From Promethearchaeota archaeon (GTDB lineage: Archaea > Asgardarchaeota > Lokiarchaeia > Sigyniarchaeales > SOKP01), in assembly GCA_019058445.1 (NCBI GenBank), contig JAHPZA010000006.1, positions 64,001 through 128,000 of the forward strand: a DNA stretch of 64,000 nucleotides, written 5' to 3'. This document shows positions 57,677-64,000 of this stretch, piece by piece (the first letter of the stretch is position 1; the number at the start of each line of letters is the position of its first letter). The translations under genes were made by a program, and so were the position numbers. Under the pieces are notes generated by a model. It was not told the origin of the DNA. It ran no database searches and saw nothing but the letters and a program-made list of their open reading frames with translations.

Positions 57677-59182
57677 ATGAATGATACGAATACCAATTTC
57701 AAAGAATTTATCCAAGATATTGGGAATGCAAAAGATTATTTTTTTAAACATTTAAGAGCAAATAATTCTTCCCTTCGCATTTACACGCATTTAGATTCTG
57801 ACGGGTTGGCTGCGGGTGCAATTCTTGGCAAAGCATTATATAGAGAAAACATTTCCTTTCAGATGACCATTCTACGACAACTTGAAAAAGAAGAAATCTT
57901 AAAAATTGCAGAAAGTGAATTTAACAATTTTTTAATATTTTCTGATTTTGGGAGCGGCCAATATTTAGAACTTCAGAAAGAACTACTTTTGCATGGGTAT
58001 AAAAGCCATTTTATTATTTTAGATCATCATTTACCTCAGAAAATATCAGATAAAGACGAAATTCAAGCAATTGAGGAGATTCATATAGAAACTAGTCCTT
58101 GGCATATCAATCCATATTTTTATGGAATTGATGGAAGCACTGAAATATCAGGAGCAGGACTAAGCTACTATTTTGCTAAAAGTATAAATAGCAATAATAT
58201 TGACCTTTCATCAGTTGCAATTGTAGGAGCAGTGGGTGACATTCAAAATCAAGGTCCTCATAAATCATTTATTGGAATAAATTCCCTTATTTTAGATGAT
58301 GCAAAAAGCTTAGGATTAGTTGAAATCATTGATGATTTGAATTTTTCTCCAATAAAGCCCTTAAATGAAGCGATTGCTTATTCTCCGGATATAAAATTAC
58401 CGGGTTTAACTAACGATCCTAATAAAACTTTGAAATTTTTAAAAACATTAGGAATTTTAATGGAAGACTCGGAAGGAAAAGTACGAACCTTAAATGATAT
58501 AGATAAAGACGAAAAACAAAAAATTTCTAGTGCCATTATTGAATATGCGACTCTTAAATTAGATATAGAACCAAATAAAATAATCCAAAAATTAATCGTT
58601 AAGAGATATTTGTTAACGAACGAAAATAACTCTGAACTTCATGATGCGGAGGAATTTTCAAATCTGTTAAATGCTTGTGGAAGGACTAATAATGCATCAT
58701 TAGGTATAGCAATTGCAATGGGAGACAGGCAAAATTCATTCCAGCAAGCAAAAGAGAGTTTAGTTAATTATAAAAAATCCCTCAGTACAGCTCTTTCATG
58801 GATAAAAAAGGGAGATAAAATCCAACAAAAAAAAAATTTTCAATATTTCTTTGGAGAAGACGTAATAACAGAAAATATCGTTGGTACGGTTTCAACAATG
58901 CTAATTCTTGGTGAAAGTGTAATAATAGATAAGAATAAACCCATATTTGGATGTGCATTAAGGGAGAATGAAGATGTTTATAAAATATCGGGGAGAGCTC
59001 ACGAAAAAATTGTTAACAAAGGAATAAATCTTTCAGATGCGATTAGAGAAGCGCTTGAAATGTCTAATTTAGAAGCTTTAGGCGGAGGGCACCCTCCTGC
59101 TGCGGGTACAAAAGTACCAATCAATAAAATAGACCTTTTTTTAGAAAATTTAGATGAAGTTATTCAAGAACAAATTAAATAA
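57677..59182 (+). CDS. DHH-family RecJ-like / GAN (Cdc45-related) nuclease
   Basis: HLDSDG, SDFGSG, LDHH, INP..GIDG..EISGAG, GAVGD, LLNACGR, DHHA1 GGGH. Confidence 0.9.
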   Translation: MNDTNTNFKEFIQDIGNAKDYFFKHLRANNSSLRIYTHLDSDGLAAGAILGKALYRENISFQMTILRQLEKEEILKIAESEFNNFLIFSDFGSGQYLELQKELLLHGYKSHFIILDHHLPQKISDKDEIQAIEEIHIETSPWHINPYFYGIDGSTEISGAGLSYYFAKSINSNNIDLSSVAIVGAVGDIQNQGPHKSFIGINSLILDDAKSLGLVEIIDDLNFSPIKPLNEAIAYSPDIKLPGLTNDPNKTLKFLKTLGILMEDSEGKVRTLNDIDKDEKQKISSAIIEYATLKLDIEPNKIIQKLIVKRYLLTNENNSELHDAEEFSNLLNACGRTNNASLGIAIAMGDRQNSFQQAKESLVNYKKSLSTALSWIKKGDKIQQKKNFQYFFGEDVITENIVGTVSTMLILGESVIIDKNKPIFGCALRENEDVYKISGRAHEKIVNKGINLSDAIREALEMSNLEALGGGHPPAAGTKVPINKIDLFLENLDEVIQEQIK

Positions 59183-59219
59183 TAACATTTTTCTTCCTTA
59201 GAAGAATCATGATTAGTGT

Positions 59220-60530
59220 TTATATGTTATAAACTTCTCCGGTCTCTGGAGCAACTGCGTTGTAAGAATGCTTTGCTAATTCACTAGACAATTTTGTTGT
59301 CGCCTTAGGATCTCCATGAACACAAAATACATTATTAGATTGATTTTTAAATGTAAGAGTTGTTACAAATTTTCGTAATTGTGTACCATCTGCATGGCTC
59401 GAAAAGTCAAAATAATCGTAATCACATTTAGCTTTAATTTTAAAATTATATATTGAGTCCAACTTCTTTTTATTGTTAAACTCAAGATAACCACTATCTA
59501 AAAGAACTCTTCCAGGGCTTCCTTCAACTTGATATCCAACTAAATAAATCGCAGAAGCAGGATCAATTAAAAAGGATTTCACAAAATCAATAGCAGCGCC
59601 TCCTTTTAACATACCAGAAGGGGCAATTATTACACCATTGGAGTTTTTTGCTTGATTTCTACCCTTTTTTCCAGAAATGAATTTTGTTTTCTTAAGAGCC
59701 TTTTTATAGAAATTACCATTTTTTAATGATTCGGGATAATCCAAAAAAATATTTGAGATTTTTCTTGCTAAACCATCTACATAAATTTTCCCAAGATATT
59801 GGTATTTATGAAGAATTAATAGAGCTTCTTGCGAGCGGGCTACACCAAAAGCAGGGATAAGAACTTTGCCATTATTTTCAGTAATATTTATTATTCGATC
59901 TGTGAAGTCTTTTTCAAGTTGTTTTCTGGGAGGATGATCTCTTAAAGCATAAGTTGATTCGATAATTAACGCATCAATTTCTTGAATTTCTTTTAAAATA
60001 TTAAAATTCGAGGCCTCAACTAAGTTAGTTGCATTGGTGTTTATATCTCCAGTATATAAAATCTTCTTATTATCCACTTCAATTAAAATTGAAACACTTC
60101 CAGGAATATGTCCAGCGTTAAACATTGTTAAGAAAAAGTTGTCACTAATTCGTTTACGCTGTCTATTTTCAAGAAAATAGGAGTGTTTTATTAATTTATC
60201 TAGTTCTCGATATCCAAAGGGATAATTGAAATCTGAGATTCGAATCATATCTTTAACAAGGACTTTAGTTACTGCTAGTGTAACTGGATTTGTTAAAAGT
60301 GGTACGGATGAATTCTTATACAGATAAGGTAAAGCTCCGGAATGGTCGATATGACTATGAGTGAGAGCTATTGCTCTTAAGTTTTCCATATTAAATTCTT
60401 GTGGAAGTCTAGTTTTCTCTTTAAATCGCACTCCATAATCTAAAATGCATTTATCCCCGGTTTTAGATTCTATCAAGATAGCCGATCGTCCAACCTCTCT
60501 GCATCCACCTAAAAAAGTTATTTTTACCAT
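59220..60530 (-). CDS. Beta-CASP metallo-beta-lactamase ribonuclease (aCPSF2-like, no KH domains)
   Basis: FLGGCREVGRS, THSHIDH, AGHIPGS, YTGD, ESTY, SGML.GG, FSSHAD, VHGD. Confidence 0.92.
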   Translation of the reverse strand: MVKITFLGGCREVGRSAILIESKTGDKCILDYGVRFKEKTRLPQEFNMENLRAIALTHSHIDHSGALPYLYKNSSVPLLTNPVTLAVTKVLVKDMIRISDFNYPFGYRELDKLIKHSYFLENRQRKRISDNFFLTMFNAGHIPGSVSILIEVDNKKILYTGDINTNATNLVEASNFNILKEIQEIDALIIESTYALRDHPPRKQLEKDFTDRIINITENNGKVLIPAFGVARSQEALLILHKYQYLGKIYVDGLARKISNIFLDYPESLKNGNFYKKALKKTKFISGKKGRNQAKNSNGVIIAPSGMLKGGAAIDFVKSFLIDPASAIYLVGYQVEGSPGRVLLDSGYLEFNNKKKLDSIYNFKIKAKCDYDYFDFSSHADGTQLRKFVTTLTFKNQSNNVFCVHGDPKATTKLSSELAKHSYNAVAPETGEVYNI

Positions 60531-60715
60531 TTGTTAATAACTCAACAAAAATAAAGAACCGTATATATGAGATAAATAAGGAAGAAATTTCAATATTTTC
60601 AATTTTTATCACCTAAAAAACAATATTAAGGTCTGATTTATTTATTCATACAAATAATTATCTTACAATTTGAAAAAAAAAGAAAAATTAAAGGAGATTC
60701 AAACAATAAGAGAGA

Positions 60716-61477
60716 TTATTTTATTTTTTTTATTACATTTGTCAATAAAGCAATAACATTATTAACATTTTTACCAAATATTTCTAATATCTCTTCCCAA
60801 GTAACGGGAGCTTCATCTTCCTTCCAACAGTCATAATCAGTGGACATAGCTACTGCTGCGTATGGAATTCCAGCTTCGTTTGCTAAAATTGTCTCGGGCG
60901 CAATGCTCATGTTTATCACATCAGCCCCCCATATCCTAAACATTTCAGACTCTGCTCTTGTGGAAAACCGTGGCCCTTCGATAGTAAGCACTGTCCCTTT
61001 TTCATGATATTTAAGATTAAGTTCTTTTGCAGTTTCAATAAGAATGTTTCTTAATTGTTCAGAATAGGGATAGGCCATAGCAGTATGTTTCGCATCTCCA
61101 GGGGGAAATTCATCAAAAAAGCTTACTTTCCTGAGTCTTGTGAAATCAATAAATTGGTCAAGTATAACGAAATCACCTCTTCCAATTTCTTCTCTTAAAC
61201 TACCACAAGCTGTCGTAGCTAAAATATGAGTACAGCCTTGATCTTTCAACGCTTGTATGTTAGCCCGAAAATTAACTTGTGTTGGAGGGATTGTATGCTC
61301 TCTTCCGTGTCTTGCTATAAGAACTACATCTTTCCCGTGAATTTTTCCCAATTTTAGAGGAGAAGTTGGTTTTCCAAATGAAGTCTCAACTTCAATATCT
61401 TTAACTTCTTGTAAAATGTCCGGATTGTCCAACCCTGAACCACCAATTATACCAATTTTAACCATAACATTCACCAT
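60716..61477 (-). CDS. mtnP: S-methyl-5'-thioadenosine phosphorylase
   Basis: IGIIGGSG, ARHG..H, TACGSL, DQFID, IEGPRFSTRAES, TDYDCW. Confidence 0.93.
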   Translation of the reverse strand: MVNVMVKIGIIGGSGLDNPDILQEVKDIEVETSFGKPTSPLKLGKIHGKDVVLIARHGREHTIPPTQVNFRANIQALKDQGCTHILATTACGSLREEIGRGDFVILDQFIDFTRLRKVSFFDEFPPGDAKHTAMAYPYSEQLRNILIETAKELNLKYHEKGTVLTIEGPRFSTRAESEMFRIWGADVINMSIAPETILANEAGIPYAAVAMSTDYDCWKEDEAPVTWEEILEIFGKNVNNVIALLTNVIKKIK

Positions 61478-61597
61478 TTAGAATTTTTGAATTATAATAT
61501 TAAAAATATTATAAATTATTTTTTTTAAAAAAGGATTCATATTTGTTTTATAGTAATTTTTTTTAAATTTTATAACCAATAAAAAATATTTAGTGAA

Positions 61598-62467
61598 TTG
61601 AACATGAAATTAGAAGGAAATGCTGAGATTGGCATAATTGGAGGAACTGGATCAGATCTCGAATTAAAAAATACCGAAAATTTAAAAATTTATACCCCTT
61701 ATGGAGCTACTTCTGATTTTATAAAAGTGGGTGAATTTAACGGTAAAAAAGTTGCATTTCTTTCCAGACATGGTACTGGACACACAATACCACCCCATAA
61801 TTTGAATTTTCGAGCAAATATTTGGGCTATGAAAGAACTAGGAGTAAAATACATTATATCTCCATCTGCAGTAGGTTCACTTAAAAAAGAGCATAATAAA
61901 AGAAAATTTATTTTAGTAGATCAATATATTGATAGAACCAAAAAAAGATCGGAAACATTTTACGAAAAAGGACAAGTTTGTCATATTAACCAAGCGGATC
62001 CATACTGTGGATATTTGAGAAATCTATTGTACGAAAATGGAAAAAAAATGGGCAATTTAGAGATTCAAAATGGAGGCACATATGTATGTATTGAAGGGCC
62101 AAGGTTCTCCACAAGAGCAGAATCGAAAATGTTCAGATTATGGGGCGGTGATATTATAGGGATGACTACATTTCCAGAAGTTGTTCTTGCAGCCGAAAAA
62201 GAGATCTGTTATTGCTGTGTAGCAATGGTCACAGATCTTGATGTATGGGCTGCTGAATGCTCTAATTGTGGAATTGTAGAATATGGAGTGAATTGTCCCC
62301 AATGTGGAGGTAATCTACAAAAATTAGTTGTGACTATAGAAGAAGTATTAAAGACAATGGAAAGCAATGCATTAAATCTTAAAAAGCTCCTTGAAATGAG
62401 TATTCCACAGATTAATACTGAGAGAGATTGCTCCTGCCAACATTCATTAACTGGTGCAATTTTATAA
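61598..62467 (+). CDS. mtnP: S-methyl-5'-thioadenosine phosphorylase paralog with zinc-ribbon insertion
   Basis: IGIIGGTG, SRHG, SAVGSL, IEGPRFSTRAES, TDLDVW, inserted CSNC..CPQC, C-terminal CSC. Confidence 0.9.
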   Translation: MNMKLEGNAEIGIIGGTGSDLELKNTENLKIYTPYGATSDFIKVGEFNGKKVAFLSRHGTGHTIPPHNLNFRANIWAMKELGVKYIISPSAVGSLKKEHNKRKFILVDQYIDRTKKRSETFYEKGQVCHINQADPYCGYLRNLLYENGKKMGNLEIQNGGTYVCIEGPRFSTRAESKMFRLWGGDIIGMTTFPEVVLAAEKEICYCCVAMVTDLDVWAAECSNCGIVEYGVNCPQCGGNLQKLVVTIEEVLKTMESNALNLKKLLEMSIPQINTERDCSCQHSLTGAIL

Positions 62468-62525
62468 CTTAAAAAAAAAGATTTTGATAATTTTTACTTA
62501 CCTTTTTTTGAGTTTTTATCTTGAT

Positions 62526-63053
62526 TTATTCTTCTACAGGAATTTCTACTAAAGAGAGGATTTCATAACCTTTTAACTGATCTCTTCCATGTAAACTTCC
62601 CGTAAGCTCAATGACAAAAGCAACTCCTTCAACCTTTCCGCCTGATTTTTCTACTAAATTACAAGCAGCTTTTGCAGTACCTCCAGTTGCCAATAAATCA
62701 TCAAAAACCAGTACTTTATCCCCTTCTTCAATCGCATCAATATGCATATGTATAGAGTCAGTACCGTATTCGAGTTGATAACTTTCACTTATAGTCTTAT
62801 ATGGTAATTTTCCTGGTTTTCTAATTAAAACAAAACCAGCACCTAACTCATATGCGATTACTCCTCCAAATACATATCCTCTGGCTTCTATTGCCACAAC
62901 TTTATTAATCCCCCGATTTTTAAAATGATCTATAATTCTATCACATGCTTCTTTAAATGGAGCATGAGCTTTACAAAGAGTAGTTATATCTTTAAATTGA
63001 ATCCCTTCTTTCGGCCAATCTGGTACATTTCTTATATGTTGTAACAAATCCAT
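62526..63053 (-). CDS. apt: Adenine phosphoribosyltransferase
   Basis: DWPKEGIQFKDIT, EARGY, RKPGKLP, YQLEYG, VFDDLLATGGT. Confidence 0.96.
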   Translation of the reverse strand: MDLLQHIRNVPDWPKEGIQFKDITTLCKAHAPFKEACDRIIDHFKNRGINKVVAIEARGYVFGGVIAYELGAGFVLIRKPGKLPYKTISESYQLEYGTDSIHMHIDAIEEGDKVLVFDDLLATGGTAKAACNLVEKSGGKVEGVAFVIELTGSLHGRDQLKGYEILSLVEIPVEE

Positions 63054-63371
63054 TCTGAAATCAACATTAAATTTAATTAGTTTTAATTTAAGTAAATTAA
63101 AAATTCTATTTAAAATCCAATTATCTCATATCTTAAAAAGACGAAAACTTAGAAATATTAAGCTTTATTATTATTCTTTTTTAATTTAAGAGTAATTCTG
63201 AGTTTTTAATTAATTATGAGGTTTACTACAGATTAATTAACTAAAATTGAAAAAAAAAAGAATAATTGATATCTTCATCTTAATTAATTACAAAAAATTA
63301 AATAAAAATTAAGTCATAAGAAATATATTAGAATTATTATTATTATAAATACTATTTAGAGTTATACTCCT

Positions 63372-64000
63372 ATGAAAATTCTACTATTTGGTCCTCAGAA
63401 TGCTGGTAAGACTAGTTTAATGCGAACTACTTGCTTAGGATATAATTTCATGAAAGTTGCGAATTTAAAACCAACTAAGGGTATATCCAGAGAAAATTTT
63501 ATTTTCCGCGGGATAATGGAATTGAATGTATGGGATGCTGGTGGTCAAGAACGATATTTAGAGAGATACTTTTCCGAATCGCAAAGAGAATTAATCTTTT
63601 CGGAAGTTACAACCGCAATTTTTATGGTTGATTCTTCAGTAGTAGATTCAAGAGGGAGAGAAATCTTTAATAAATTTCTGGAATATATATACGAGTTTAG
63701 TCCTCATCTGGAAAAAGTGTATGTATTACTAAATAAAATTGATTTACTAGAATCAAAAGAAGATGATGTTTTTAAATTATTATCCACTGATTTAGCTGAT
63801 AATATTAGATATAAAATCGCATTTACTCCGGTCTCTGTTAAGGAAGGTAGTGCCCAACATAGATTAATTGAAATCTTAGATTACGAAATTCAGAAATCAA
63901 CTCTTTCTATGCAGAGATTAGGGAGAATTAGATTTTTACTCGATCAATTAAAAATGAGCACGTTATCAGAATATCTTTTATTTAATCAACCAGATGGGCT
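63372..64000 (+). CDS. RagA/Gtr1-like GTPase (3' truncated by window end; not in ORF track)
   Basis: Manual translation: MKILLFGPQNAGKTSLMRTTCLGY..LKPTKGISRENFIFRGIMELNVWDAGGQERYLERYFSESQRELIFSEVTTAIFMVDSS..LNKID..VSV; frame stays open to the end. Confidence 0.88.
   Translation, partial: MKILLFGPQNAGKTSLMRTTCLGYNFMKVANLKPTKGISRENFIFRGIMELNVWDAGGQERYLERYFSESQRELIFSEVTTAIFMVDSSVVDSRGREIFNKFLEYIYEFSPHLEKVYVLLNKIDLLESKEDDVFKLLSTDLADNIRYKIAFTPVSVKEGSAQHRLIEILDYEIQKSTLSMQRLGRIRFLLDQLKMSTLSEYLLFNQPDG

Noticed and set aside
1-64000. Mobile elements, defence systems, tRNA/rRNA genes
   Set aside because: No transposase, integrase, cas or restriction-modification motifs, and no GC-rich cloverleaf or rRNA-like tract seen by eye; a tRNAscan/Infernal run would be needed to exclude them fully

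Overview
AT-rich, gene-dense archaeal chromosomal DNA that looks like an Asgard archaeon, most probably Lokiarchaeia. This is inferred from archaeal housekeeping genes (pus10-rpl21e-rpo4-DUF655-rsmA-HemK-like cluster, rpl35ae, nurA, XPD, GAN/RecJ, DHQ synthase II, mch) occurring together with many eukaryotic-signature proteins: two Rab-like GTPases, a RagA/Gtr1-like GTPase cut by the window end and absent from the ORF track, a roadblock protein, an Snf7/ESCRT-III protein, a presenilin and two secernin-like proteins. I saw no rRNA, tRNA, CRISPR array, transposase or integrase. The most interesting observation is a ~680-aa protein one gene away from the ESCRT-III gene, with an apparent B-box zinc finger, coiled coil, PH-like domain, Q/N/Y/P-rich region and C-terminal Vps23/TSG101-type steadiness box, suggesting a candidate non-canonical ESCRT-I/III module. 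Others are a PaaI thioesterase whose last beta-strand lies beyond an in-frame TGA, a deoxynucleoside kinase ending in a PCNA-binding PIP-box-like motif, an XPD helicase with a TFS/Rpb9-like zinc ribbon, an MTAP with an inserted zinc ribbon, an internally shortened FrhB-like protein with a GC-rich structured element upstream, and five adjacent paralog pairs. All family calls come from motif recognition by eye and remembered reference sequences; no searches were run.
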